Part shown: piece after piece, positions 19,827-30,344 of the stretch
How the letters are laid out: every line of letters starts with the position of its first letter
How positions within the stretch are numbered: the stretch's first letter is position 1
Source of the DNA: an uncultured bacterium
GTDB lineage: Bacteria > Krumholzibacteriota > Krumholzibacteriia > JACNKJ01
Reading direction: 5' to 3'
DNA length: 64,000 nucleotides
Assembly (NCBI GenBank): GCA_963695095.1
Contig: CAVOFT010000001.1
Span: 288,001-352,000, forward strand
Program-made: the position numbers and the translations under genes
Notes under the pieces: generated by a model
What the model saw: only the letters and a program-made list of their open reading frames with translations
What the model was told of the DNA's origin: nothing
The model's database searches: none

Positions 19827-22800
19827 TCACGGGGGCGGCTTCCTGAGCGGCAGCACGAGCGCCGCATCCGTCGGCGCGCCGATCTTGCCGGCGTAACCCC
19901 GCTTCGCTTCGATGTCCGCATCGGTGACGAAGCGCACGTCCAGCAGGCTCTCCTTCTCGACGCCGGTGCGCAGGGCATTCATCTCGGCCAGGGCCTGGTT
20001 CCAGGCGGCCAGCCAGAAGTCCAGCTCGTCGCGCGCCGGTCGGCCGGCGTCCACATGCACGAGCAGGTCGATGTCGCTGTCCGCCCGCGCGACGCCGTTC
20101 TTCACGCTGCCGTAGAGGTAAAGGCCCTTCACGCCGAAACGCTCGGCGTCCAGGCTGGCGGCAAGGCGCTCGGCCATGCGCCGGCGCCACTGCCAGTGGT
20201 CCTCGGCGTGCGGCAGCACGGGCGTCTCCGGCTCGGACTCGGCCTTGGGGCCGCTGCCGGGTTCGCAGAGGAAGCCGAGCGCCTCGTCGAGATCCGCGTT
20301 CAGGTGCACGCGCAGGATGCGTCCGTCCGCGGCGGCGGCGACGTCGATCACGCGCAGCACGCCAGCCAGGCGGGCGTGCTCGGGCGCCAGCGCCTCGAGC
20401 AGGTTGGGCGCTCCGAGCAGGAAGTCCTCGTCGAAGTGAACGGCGGTCTCGTCGGGGTAGAGCGGCAGGTAGCGGATGCGCGACTCGACGAGGTCCTGGA
20501 AAAAGTGCGTGCCGAAGGAAAGATCGGGCAGGTACTCGCCCTGGCGGCGGGCGATTTCTACCAGCATCGCGCAGTTGGAGATGTCCGCATAGGTCACGGG
20601 CACGCCGAGCTTGATGTCGCCGCGGCTGCCCCAGCGCCCCGGGCCCATCAGCACGAACTGCCGCCTGGGCAGCACCTTGTTGAGCCGGCCGACGGCGCGG
20701 CCCACGGCGAGCATGCTCTCGCGGTCGGGCAGCTCGGCGTAGGCCGCCGGATCCACGTAGACGATGTGCGAGAGATCCGGCATCCAGCCGTTGGACACGT
20801 AGCGCCGCGCGCTGAAGATGCGGTCAGCGGCCGGCAGCTCACGCGGGATGGGCGCCGGGCCGTCTTCAGCGACATGGCTCTGCGGCCGGCACTGCAGCAG
20901 GTAGAAGCGCTCGCCGTCATGGGCGAACTCCATGTCGATCGGCGTTCCCAGCTTCTCGGCCAGGATCTCGAGCATGTTCTTGATGTGGGTGAGAAAGGGC
21001 GTGCCCTCGAGCAGTCCCGCGAAGGTGGGCACGACGTCCTGGGTGCTGGCATCGAAGAGCAGGGGCACCAGGCGCTGCAGCCGCTCTCCTTTATATAGCG
21101 AGTAGATCAGCTCAAGCCCGGGCATCTCGTCGCCCAGCTCGCGCAGGAGCGCGTCGATGGAGTGCGTTTCGAAGCGGTTCGACTCCAGGTTGATCAGGTC
21201 GATCTTGCGCGGCGCGTAGCGGAGCTGCTCGTCGACGGCCGGGTTCGCGCGGAGCTGGGGGCGCCCCGGCACGGCGAGCACGGGATAGTCGTCGCCGATG
21301 CGGTCCACGGCCCGCGTGCCCAGGCCGGGCACCAGCCGCACGATGCCGTCCTCGCGCATGATGCGGGGCGACCAGCGGAACTCGTTGTTGCTGAAGGCCA
21401 CCCCGGCGAAGGCCGGCAGCCAGTACTTGCCCACCCGCCGACCCACCACGGCCTGGATGAGGATGCCCATCTCCTCGCTGAACTCGAGCAGGCCGCGGTC
21501 GCGGCGATAGGCGATGGGATCGGGCCCGAAGGTGGAGGCATAGACCTCGGCGATGGCGTCCAGGGTCGCGGCCACGCGCTCCTGCTTCGTGCCCTGATTG
21601 GGCAGGAAGAGGCTCTTGTACTTGCCGCTGAAGGCGGTGCCCAGGCGGTCCTCGAGCAGGCTCGAGCTGCGCACGATCAGCGGCGTCTCGCCCATCTCGT
21701 CGAGGGCGGCGCTGAGGCCGCGCACGAAGTCCGGCGGAAAGAGGCTGTCCTTGAACAGCTGCACGAGGTGGGGATACTCCTGCCGGATCTGCTCGACGTC
21801 CTTGAACTTCTGCTCGATGACGTCCTCGAGGTCGTTGTAGGCGATGAAGTCCATGACGGCGTCTGAGGCCACGTACCAGGTCTTGGGCACGTGGATCTCG
21901 CCGACGGGTCGCTCTGCGGCTGGAGCACTCGGTGAGCAGGCGATGGGCCAGGAGCAGCCCCGCGCTCTTGCCGCCCAGCTTACCCTGGCTGTCGGCGGGC
22001 AAGATCATGTGGTCGATCAGGGCGGCCATGTCGGTGATCTTGATGTAGTCCTTGGCCACCTTGAGAAAGTCGAGCTGCTCGGTGAGGAAGCGCCGCGCCA
22101 GCGTGACCCGCAGGCCGCGCAGCACGGACTGCGGCAGGCCGGCCCCGTCGGCCACCACGTGCTGGTAGCGGCGGACGGCCTCGGCGATCTCGTTGAGCGA
22201 GGAGCGGGGGCTGGCCAGGATGTTGATGAAGAAGCCGGCCCGGTCCTCCACCAGCCACTTCTCGACGAGCTTCAGGATCTGCTCGCCGCCCAGGTGAGCG
22301 GCGGCCAGCTCGAAGGGACGATCGCTGAGCAGCAGGTTGCGGTCCGCGTGGCGCCGCTCGCCGGCCACGTTGCTCTCGCCGGCGACGGCATCGGGGTCCG
22401 CCCAGGCGCGCGCCTCCAGCAGCATGCTGCGGGCCGCTTCGACGCCCACGCCGTAGAGGTGGTTGAGCATCTTGCGGGCGATGCGCAGGTAGAGCTCGGG
22501 ATCCGAGGTGCGCAGCATCTGCAGCGTGGCTTTCCATGTGCTGCGTCGGCCCTCGCGACGGCTCTGTTCCCAGCGTTCGCGCAGGCTGTCGATGCGCTTG
22601 TGCAGGATGTAGTGCGCCAGGCGATCGGCGATGGTGGTCGAGCAGCCTGCGCTCGCGCGCGGTGAAGGTCTCACCCTCGGGGCCCGTGCGCTCCTCGAGG
22701 TAGTAGACCTCCAGGGTGCCGAAGTTGCGGTCGAGAATGCGAATCGGCGCTGCCAACCGCCAGGATGTGGGCTCGAAGTCCTGGGCGCGATAGATCTCGT

Positions 22801-22999
22801 CCTCGAACTGGATGCGCGCCTGGCAGACATCGGAGAAGCGCCAGCCCTGTGGCAGCTCGGCGAGAACGAGGGCGAAGATCTCGGCCAGGCTGCTGTCCAT
22901 GTCCAGCAGCCGGTCCTCGATGTTGAAGAGGCAGTCGAGTTCCTTGGCCCGATCGCTGAGAGGCAGGAGCATGCCCGCCTGGCCCTGGGTGTCTGACAT
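19827..22999 (-). CDS. PEP/pyruvate-binding (PPDK_N ATP-grasp) protein with an N-terminal GAF-like region and C-terminal nucleotidyltransferase domain (frameshifts near 22640 and 21910)
   Basis: DRAKELDCLF; GKLGGKSAGL; IVRSSSLLED..AFSGKYKSLF; DMEFA..YLLQCRP; C-terminal YLYGSVKNGVARADSDIDLLV. Confidence 0.82.
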
Positions 23000-23107
23000 C
23001 GCGCACCGCCGGCTGGGGTTCCCTGCAGCTTGCGCCTTGAGGGCGGTGGGCGTCAAGCCAGCCGCCGCGCTCCGCTTCGCGCCCCCGTTGCGCTCGGCGA
23101 AGGGGGG

Positions 23108-24091
23108 CTAGTACCAGTGCTCGCGGTCCACGGCGCGAGGCGGACTGCCGCGGGCGATGTTCCGGAGCAGGGCGGCCACGGCGTCCAGGCGCGCCTCCTC
23201 CCGCCCCTGGACATGACTGGCCCGGTGGGGGCTGAGGACCAGGTTCTCCCGACCGCTCGGATCGATCGCGCCCGGCTGGGTGGCGCCGGCCGCCGAGGGG
23301 CTCTCCGGGTAGCGCCACCAGGTGTCGATGCCCGCCGCGCCCAGCGGGCCCTGGTCGAGCGCTGCGTAGAAGGCCGCCTCGTCGATGGCCGGCCCGCGGC
23401 CCACGTTGACCAGCAGGGCGCCCGGTTTCATCAGCGCGAACTCGGCCGCGCCGAGCACGCCCGTGCAGGCCTCCGTATCCGGCAGGCTGCAGATGATGGC
23501 GTCGGCGGCGGGCAGCAACGCCGGCAGGTCGGCCAGCGTGCCCAGGCGGTCCAGCTCGCGTGCCGCGCCCGGACTGCGCCTCACGGCGCTCACCCGCATG
23601 CCGAAGGCGCGGCCGTAGGCGGCCAGGCGGCGGCCGATGGCCCCGTAGCCGAGCAGCAGCAGCTCACCGCCCTCGAGTCGCGCCGACCAGGGGCCCTCGT
23701 AGCGCGGGCACCAGTCGCCGCGAGCCAGGCGCTCGCTCATCGGCAGGAGTCGCTTGGCCGCGGCGAGCAGCAGGGCCCAGGCGTGCTCGGCCGTCGGGCC
23801 GGCATTGAAGTGCGAGCAGTAGAGCGCCACCTCGGAGCGCGCGGCGAGTTGAAGACGGTCCTGCCGCGGCACACCGGCCCAGGGAATGAGCTGGAAGCGC
23901 AGGCCGGTGGCGGCCGCCAGCAGCGCGGGAGGAATCTGGCCGGCGACGATGCCGTCGAGCTGCGGGGCCAGCGCCAGCGCCTGGTCGAGCTGCTCGCGCG
24001 CAAGCAGGTGCAAGCGCAGCTCCGGCGGCAGGGCCGCGCGCAGGCGCTCCGCTCGCGCGGGCGGCAATTCACCGAGGTAGAGGACGTCCAT
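23108..24091 (-). CDS. D-isomer-specific 2-hydroxyacid dehydrogenase
   Basis: GYGAIG, VNVGRG, IDTWW, LSPHRA. Confidence 0.9.
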   Translation of the reverse strand: MDVLYLGELPPARAERLRAALPPELRLHLLAREQLDQALALAPQLDGIVAGQIPPALLAAATGLRFQLIPWAGVPRQDRLQLAARSEVALYCSHFNAGPTAEHAWALLLAAAKRLLPMSERLARGDWCPRYEGPWSARLEGGELLLLGYGAIGRRLAAYGRAFGMRVSAVRRSPGAARELDRLGTLADLPALLPAADAIICSLPDTEACTGVLGAAEFALMKPGALLVNVGRGPAIDEAAFYAALDQGPLGAAGIDTWWRYPESPSAAGATQPGAIDPSGRENLVLSPHRASHVQGREEARLDAVAALLRNIARGSPPRAVDREHWY

Positions 24092-24237
24092 GGCGGGTCA
24101 GTCTAGCTCAGCGGCGCTGCGGAAAGAAGCGGAGGGACTGCTCCACGCGACGCAAGAAATAGCGCTTCAGCGCCGGCCGGGCCGGGCCGAAGCCCTGGGT
24201 AAGCCTCTGACCTCTGGGAATCCCCTTCCCGGAACGG

Positions 24238-24272
24238 ACCGGCCGCTCTTCCCGGAGCGGCCGGTTTTTTTT
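24238..24272 (+). terminator. Strong intrinsic terminator with no upstream + strand CDS
   Basis: ACCGGCCGCTC-ttcccg-GAGCGGCCGGT followed by a T run. Confidence 0.75.
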
Positions 24273-24422
24273 GCGGCCGGCCGCCGTTTTCCGCCGCCCG
24301 CCGGGGCCTGCCACCGCTCGCGCTTCCGCCCACCCCTTTCCTTTCCCGGCCCACATGCGCTATACTTGTGTCTTCCGAGCCCTCGCCACACAGCATGTGA
24401 CACGACACCGGAGGGAGAGGCC

Positions 24423-24770
24423 ATGCGGAAGCTCATCATCCCCATGCTTGCCCTGATCGCCCTGGGCGCCCCCTACACGCCACCTGCCGCCGCCGAGACC
24501 TGCGTCTGCCCGCCGCGGGCGCACGTGAGCGGCGTCAAGAACCGGCGCGACCTGCGCCACACGCTCTACGCCAAGCGCCTCGTCGGCGACAAGCTCGCCG
24601 TCTTCGAGGAGCACGGCTTCACGCCCTACCGCCTGCGCGAGGACAGGGGCGGCGGTGAAGTCATCGAGCGCTGGCGCTATCCCGAACTCGGTCTCGAGTA
24701 TCGCTTCGATGCGGCCAGCCGCCTCGTCGCCGTGCGCGAGACGGAGCCGGGCGACCGCGTCTTCAACTGA
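24423..24770 (+). CDS. Small secreted hypothetical protein
   Basis: GGAGAGG RBS; signal peptide MRKLIIPMLALIALG; TATACT at 24361. Confidence 0.7.
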   Translation: MRKLIIPMLALIALGAPYTPPAAAETCVCPPRAHVSGVKNRRDLRHTLYAKRLVGDKLAVFEEHGFTPYRLREDRGGGEVIERWRYPELGLEYRFDAASRLVAVRETEPGDRVFN

Positions 24771-24832
24771 GCCGGGCCCGGCACGCCGCGACTTACCTGG
24801 CGTCTTCGGGCGGCTGCCGGTAGCCTGGTGGC

Positions 24833-25135
24833 ATGCACTACCTGCTGTTCTACGAGGCCGCCGCCGACTACGTCGAGCGGCGGGGCGCGCTGCGCGAGGC
24901 GCATCTCGCCCTGGCGCGCCCGGCCGTGGCGCGCGGCGAGCTGCTGCTGGGGGGCGCCTTCGCTGATCCCGTGGACGGGGCCGTCCTGCTCTTCCAGGGC
25001 GAGAGCCCGGCCGTGGCCGAAGCCTTCGCCAGGGCCGATCCCTACCTGCAGCAGGGACTCGTCACGCGCTGGTACGTCCGCGAGTGGACCACGGTGGTGG
25101 GCCCCGGCGCGGCGGTGCGCCTGCCGGGCAGCTAG
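24833..25135 (+). CDS. YciI-family protein
   Basis: RGALREAHL, LLGGA, DPY motifs; 100 aa. Confidence 0.88.
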   Translation: MHYLLFYEAAADYVERRGALREAHLALARPAVARGELLLGGAFADPVDGAVLLFQGESPAVAEAFARADPYLQQGLVTRWYVREWTTVVGPGAAVRLPGS

Positions 25136-25179
25136 CCTCACCGGTGGCCGCGTGCGCGCCGGCCGCACTGGTCCCGGCC

Positions 25180-25218
25180 GAGTGTACACGTGTACAAACC
25201 GCGCCGTTCGATAGGCGA
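25180..25218. repeat. Palindromic element copy 1 (GAGTGTACACGTGTACAAA...TTCGAT...AGGCGA)
   Basis: 25180-25198 is identical to 51339-51357; similarity continues downstream. Confidence 0.85.
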
Positions 25219-25242
25219 TCCCTGGTGTCGGCGGGACAGTGG

Positions 25243-26448
25243 CTAGTAGAGCGCCTTGATGGCGCCCCAGCTCGTCTCCTTGGTGCCCGTGCTCCCGCAG
25301 GCCACAGGGAATGCACCCATGAGGAGGCCGCAGTCGTTGTTCTCGGGTGCGCAGGGGGAGTCCGCATGCAGGCCGTAGAGGTTGCCGCCGCGACCGCAGA
25401 AGAGCGGATCCGTCGAGATGTTGCCGTACTGCCCGGTCAGATTCGGCAGATTGACGTAGTCCGCGTAAGTGTTGCCGAAGACGTTGTTGCAGTCGATGGG
25501 CCCGTGCAAGGTTTCCCACCAACTGATCCCAGAGCCGTGGTTGAAGGCCACGATGCACTGGGTGATCCGCGGCTGCATGGGATGGTCCCAGGTCGAGCCA
25601 CAGTGGATCGCCCCTACCCAGGTGCCCGCGGGGCCGTTGCCGACAAAGGTGCAGTTGCGCAGTACGATTCCGGCATCGAAGGCGAGCCCTGAGCCGGCAT
25701 TGTTCAAGAAGAGGGAGTTCTCGATCGTCGGCCCGATGCCGTCGACCTCGCCGTTGTAGACGACCATGCCGCTGCCGAGGTTGTCGTGAACGTAGAGGTC
25801 CGCGAGATGGCCGATGAAGTCGTTGTAGTAGATGCCGCTGCCGGAACTGGCTAGGTTACCGTATGCCTCGAGCCTCTGAACCATCGGTGCATGCGCGTAG
25901 CCGGCACTCTGGAAGAAGGCTCCGCCACCGTCGATGTAGGTATGCGTCGAGCGGTTATTCCGAACTACGCAATCAGAGACAGTCGCTCCACCCCAGACAA
26001 AGAGACCGATGCCGTATCCTCCATGCTCCATTGTGCAGTCCTCGATGGTGAGATCAATCAGAGTCGCATCACCCCTAACCATCAGACCTCCGCCGTATCG
26101 CCCGCCAGCAGGATTCCCGCCGCGCAAGGTGATGCACTGCAGGACATTCTCCGCACTGAGGTTCTCGCCCCCCAGGACTCGCCCCTGAAGCTGGGCATCA
26201 ATGACGGTTGCTTCCGGACTGGATGTACGACCGAGAATCGAGACGCCCGGCGGCCAGACGAGATCGTGCTCATAGTAGGTCCCCGGTGCGATGCTGACCG
26301 TATCGCCCGAGCTCGCCGCCGCAAGCGCTGCGGCGATCGTGGCATGCCCTTCTGGCACCTGGAGGAGCGCCGCGGCCGCTGGCCTCGCTTGAAGCGAGGC
26401 CAGCACCGCAACAACAGCGATTGAGCCGATGCAGAATCGTGAGCTCAT
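25243..26448 (-). CDS. Secreted right-handed parallel beta-helix protein ending in TKETSWGAIKALY
   Basis: VPEGHATIAAALAAASSGDTVSIAPGTY; repeated NCTFVGN-type strands; GNISTDPLFC...LHADSPC. Confidence 0.85.
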   Translation of the reverse strand: MSSRFCIGSIAVVAVLASLQARPAAAALLQVPEGHATIAAALAAASSGDTVSIAPGTYYEHDLVWPPGVSILGRTSSPEATVIDAQLQGRVLGGENLSAENVLQCITLRGGNPAGGRYGGGLMVRGDATLIDLTIEDCTMEHGGYGIGLFVWGGATVSDCVVRNNRSTHTYIDGGGAFFQSAGYAHAPMVQRLEAYGNLASSGSGIYYNDFIGHLADLYVHDNLGSGMVVYNGEVDGIGPTIENSLFLNNAGSGLAFDAGIVLRNCTFVGNGPAGTWVGAIHCGSTWDHPMQPRITQCIVAFNHGSGISWWETLHGPIDCNNVFGNTYADYVNLPNLTGQYGNISTDPLFCGRGGNLYGLHADSPCAPENNDCGLLMGAFPVACGSTGTKETSWGAIKALY

Positions 26449-26936
26449 TGTCCTTCTGCCGCAAGTGATGAGAGTCGAAGCTGCCCAGCCGTGATCAGCG
26501 GCGAGCATTCGCAGTCGATGTCTCCGCACTCGAAGGCGAGTACGAGGATTGCGCTCTGCGGGCCCGTCCAGTCCATCAGCAGCTTTCCAATCTCGGCATG
26601 GAAGGCGCTCTGTCCCTCGGCAGGGAAGAAGAGCCCGGTCATGCCGTTTGCCGGATCCAATGCCGGCTCCCAGTCACCGGGCAGCTCGGCCCAGAGGCTG
26701 GCCGCCGCCAGAGTCAGCTTCCCGAGCGCTGTTGGGCAGTTCGCCGTGAACTGAATGTCGGCGCCCTTGAGCACTCCGGCGGCTCCTTCCGGTACCTCAA
26801 TTGTCGCATAGGCGATCCGGTGGCCGCTAGTCGCCACCTCGGTGAATGTCAGCGGCTGCTCCGTGACCAGCAGCTCCGCCTGGGCAGCCCCCGCCAGCAG
26901 CAGAAGCAGCGCCCCGATGGTCAATCCTTTGCTCAT
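26445..26936 (-). CDS. Secreted hypothetical protein
   Basis: RBS GGAGG; signal peptide; ATGA overlap with the next gene. Confidence 0.75.
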   Translation of the reverse strand: MSKGLTIGALLLLLAGAAQAELLVTEQPLTFTEVATSGHRIAYATIEVPEGAAGVLKGADIQFTANCPTALGKLTLAAASLWAELPGDWEPALDPANGMTGLFFPAEGQSAFHAEIGKLLMDWTGPQSAILVLAFECGDIDCECSPLITAGQLRLSSLAAEGQ

Positions 26937-26964
26937 GGCTCCTCCCTACTCCTGGTAGTGGGTT

Positions 26965-29900
26965 CTACTTGACGAGGGTGGCCTTCACCACTTCCTCGCG
27001 GTCCCGGAAGTTGAACTGGCAGAGGTACATGCCCGAGGGCAGGGCTTCGCCGGCGTCGTTCTTGCCGTTGAACTCGATCCGGTGCTCGCCGCTCGGGAGC
27101 GCCTTGTCCAGGAGCCGGCGAACGGCCCGGCCGCGGATGTCGTAGACTGTAGCCCGGACGAGCCCGCCCCCGCGGGGGACCGTGACCGTGAACTCGGTGA
27201 TCGGATTGAAGGGATTGGGGTAGTTGCGGCCTACCGTGAAGGGCGGGCTGGGCTCCTCCACCAGGACCATGAAGTCCGGCGGCGGCGGTAGGTTGGGATC
27301 CACGAGGAGGGGGAAGAGCGCATCCACGCGGCCCTTGTTGCTCTTGGCTGGCGGCCCCGAGGGGCTGCCCCACCAGTTCTGTCGGGCTGAGATCGTGCCT
27401 GTCGGGTGGATGTTGACGATGTTGAACTTCTCATTGTCCACGAAGACGTTGTAGCCGCCCTTGTTCAGAGGATTGTTCGGCGGCTCCTGGTAGTAGCCGA
27501 AGAACATGAGGTTGTCGCCGGGGTTGTTCAGGGCGGCCTGGTAGCAGTCGGTGAAGCTCGAGTACTCGGCGCTGAAGCGGCCAGAACCCTGGAGGCTGAC
27601 ACCCACCGTGTAGCCGCGCACCGTCAGTCCCGTCGCCTGAACCACGCCGCCCTGGACGTCCACGCCCAGTTCACCGCGATCGATCCCCTGCGGATCGTAG
27701 GCGTGCTCGACGAGGACGTTGCTCAGGAAGAGCGTGTCCGCAGTGCCAGCGACCGCGCGGATGGCGACCTCTGCATCGCGGAAGATGCTGTGTTCAACGA
27801 ACACGCGGCTCCCGCCCTCGAATTGAACCGGTGGCAAGGGCGGCGCCGTCCCCGGGACGTGCTCGAACTTGCACCACTCCAGGTGGACATTGTCCCCAGG
27901 GACCACCGTCCAGCCCGACTCGAAGGTGCAGCCCCGCAGCCAGGCCTGCTCGACTTCGAGAAGCACCGACTCCCCGTTGCCTGGATCCGCGAAGCTGCAA
28001 CTGCTAACGATCGTCGAATCGGCATTGGCGCTTCCCGAACCGATGACGCTGAGCGTCGGGAGGCCGATGAAGTCGCAGTGCTCCAGGCGACCGCCTTCCC
28101 CCAGGTTCAAGGTGCAGTTCGAGTCGAAGGTGCAGAACCGGAACCAAGCATGATCGACAGCGAGGCGCACCGGTCCCCCGTTGACGGGATCCGTGAATGA
28201 GCAGTTCAGGACGAGAGTTGAATCTTCGCTCGCTGCGCCGCTGATGCTGAGGGTTGAGAAACCGGTGAAGTTGCAGTGCTGCAGCCTCACCGGCTGCGAA
28301 TCATCGGGCCCAATCTGGCGGAACACAAGCTCGGCCGCCCCTTCGGCATCCGGGCCGAAGGAGACGAAATCGACGGGCGCCGCTGCCGTGCCCGCTACGC
28401 GGATTCGCCGGCCCGCTATCTCGATGTGCTGCGGGTCGGTGCCAGTGGCCTCGTTGTCGAAGTTGGCGATGTAGACCGTCGTGCCGGGTGCGATGGTCAG
28501 CACGGCGTTCGCGGGCACGGTGTAGTCACCGGATACCCAAACCTCGCCGCTCCACGTGACAGCGGGCAGCTCGCTATCGCGAGGGCCGCCCCATTCCGTT
28601 AGAGAGCGGTAGGGGTTGATCAGGCCGGAGCCGAGCTTCCCTTGGTGGATCGGCTCCTGGATTGCGTCGACATCAACAGCCCCGCGGACCATCTCATCGA
28701 TCAAGTCTTGCCGGCTGTGCTCGGGGTAATGGGCCTTCAGCAGGGCGAAAGCGCCAGAGAGCTGAGCCGCTCCGCCCGAGGTATCGCCATCGAGCTGCTT
28801 ATAGGTGTGGATGTCTCCCGTATCGTGCTCGGCGTCATGCGGGGGGATCGTCCCTGGCACGTCCACCCAGTAGGGGTCTGGCGGTCCCCAGACTACAGCG
28901 GCCATGTACTCGTCCGACTCCCAGTCGTCGTCCCATGCGGGATCGCTCTGGTTCACCTTCTTCTCGCCGGAGGGGGCGCAGAAATCCACGTAGGAGGCGA
29001 AGCAACTCTGGTGGGCCTTTATCATGTCAGGTCCCACCACAGCGGTCGCTAGTACCGCGTCCCAGGCCGCGGGCCAGCGAGTGACCTCGTTGTTTAGGTT
29101 GCCCGCCGAGCAACAGATGATGATTCCCGCTTCTGCAGCATCATCGAGTGCATCGCGAAGGTCGGTGGATTCCTCATGCACGGACGAGCTGTAGGAAAGG
29201 CTGATGTTGATGATGTCGACGTCGAGTAGGATCGCGTAGTCGATAGCCTCGAGCATCTCGTCGATTGCAATCGCATGCGCATCAACGTCCCCATACTCGA
29301 TGGGTGCCCCGGCGTTGATGGGAACGATCGTCACTCGTGGGCAGACACCGATACAGCCGAACCCATTGTGGACAGCGCCAATGATGCTTGCCATCTGGGT
29401 GCCATGAGCGCCCTGCTTTCCGTACATTCCGTTATGATAGAGATCGATGTCGGAACCGCATTGCGCGTTGCCCGGATCCCAGAGGGGCAGGGTCGGCGGG
29501 CCTCCCCAGCGGAGGATGTCGTGAATGCGAAGGCCCATGAGATCATCGACCTTCCCGTTTTCATCGTCATCGACACCGTTCACGTCAGGGGCGTCGACGG
29601 TCCAGGGGGAGTAGATGTCCCCAGGAATCTCGCGCACCATGACGGAGGGCTCTCCGCCAACGTTCTCGCCAAGATTCTGCCAGATGTTCTCTGCAAGGTC
29701 AGGGTGGCGCCAGTCCACGCCCGAGTCGATGATCGCTACCTTCACCGCGGGATCGCCATCTTCGACCAGCCAAGCGAGGTTTGTTTGCGTCATCCGTAAG
29801 TTCCACTGGTCTCGAAGGTTCGTGAAATCCTCGAAAGTGCCGATCAGGTTGCCGTTGTAGGCGACGACCGAGCAATTCGGCCAGTCGAGCTGTGGGTAGC

Positions 29901-30321
29901 GCAGGTCATTCGCCTCGCTGAACGGCGGGTAGGGCCAGTAGTCCTCCTGGAAGTAGAAATCGTCCGGCTCGGACGAAATCGTATCCGAGAGGAGGAGCGC
30001 ATTGGGCTCGGCGTGGACGACGCCCGAGAGGGCTCTCAGGCTGCCCATGATCGCGGAGCGATCGCCCGGGTTCGTGGGAACGAAGACGAAGGTGTTGCCG
30101 GCTCCCGGACGAAACTCGCGAACCCATCGCAGCTTCCCTTCGGCGGCGACGATGGCGGCTAGAGCCGGGTCTTGAACGATGCAGGAGTCGGCGGGCCCCA
30201 GGGCGATGGCCCCGGGCAGCACCTTGAAGATGATCTCCCCGGTGTCGGGAGGCGCCTGCGCGAAGGCCGAGTCGGCGAACAGGACGATAGCCATCACAGC
30301 AAAAAGCATGGTTCTCGACAT
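26965..30321 (-). CDS. S8 subtilisin-like serine protease with beta-helix repeats and a FlgD-Ig/T9SS-like CTD
   Basis: VAIIDSG, HGTQMAS, SAGN, GDTSGGA; C-terminal NYPNPFNP...YDIRGR...LPSGMYLC. Confidence 0.9.
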   Translation of the reverse strand: MSRTMLFAVMAIVLFADSAFAQAPPDTGEIIFKVLPGAIALGPADSCIVQDPALAAIVAAEGKLRWVREFRPGAGNTFVFVPTNPGDRSAIMGSLRALSGVVHAEPNALLLSDTISSEPDDFYFQEDYWPYPPFSEANDLRYPQLDWPNCSVVAYNGNLIGTFEDFTNLRDQWNLRMTQTNLAWLVEDGDPAVKVAIIDSGVDWRHPDLAENIWQNLGENVGGEPSVMVREIPGDIYSPWTVDAPDVNGVDDDENGKVDDLMGLRIHDILRWGGPPTLPLWDPGNAQCGSDIDLYHNGMYGKQGAHGTQMASIIGAVHNGFGCIGVCPRVTIVPINAGAPIEYGDVDAHAIAIDEMLEAIDYAILLDVDIINISLSYSSSVHEESTDLRDALDDAAEAGIIICCSAGNLNNEVTRWPAAWDAVLATAVVGPDMIKAHQSCFASYVDFCAPSGEKKVNQSDPAWDDDWESDEYMAAVVWGPPDPYWVDVPGTIPPHDAEHDTGDIHTYKQLDGDTSGGAAQLSGAFALLKAHYPEHSRQDLIDEMVRGAVDVDAIQEPIHQGKLGSGLINPYRSLTEWGGPRDSELPAVTWSGEVWVSGDYTVPANAVLTIAPGTTVYIANFDNEATGTDPQHIEIAGRRIRVAGTAAAPVDFVSFGPDAEGAAELVFRQIGPDDSQPVRLQHCNFTGFSTLSISGAASEDSTLVLNCSFTDPVNGGPVRLAVDHAWFRFCTFDSNCTLNLGEGGRLEHCDFIGLPTLSVIGSGSANADSTIVSSCSFADPGNGESVLLEVEQAWLRGCTFESGWTVVPGDNVHLEWCKFEHVPGTAPPLPPVQFEGGSRVFVEHSIFRDAEVAIRAVAGTADTLFLSNVLVEHAYDPQGIDRGELGVDVQGGVVQATGLTVRGYTVGVSLQGSGRFSAEYSSFTDCYQAALNNPGDNLMFFGYYQEPPNNPLNKGGYNVFVDNEKFNIVNIHPTGTISARQNWWGSPSGPPAKSNKGRVDALFPLLVDPNLPPPPDFMVLVEEPSPPFTVGRNYPNPFNPITEFTVTVPRGGGLVRATVYDIRGRAVRRLLDKALPSGEHRIEFNGKNDAGEALPSGMYLCQFNFRDREEVVKATLVK

Positions 30322-30344
30322 TGCAGACCTCCTGGTCTGCCGCC

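Noticed and set aside
24110..24170. c-di-GMP-I riboswitch-like GACGCAA
   Set aside because: No GNRA-capped P2 stem or matching flanking consensus.
25180..25218. Palindromic element as a CRISPR repeat or integron attC site
   Set aside because: Only two copies 26 kb apart, no spacers or cas genes, and no RYYYAAC/GTTRRRY ends or integrase.
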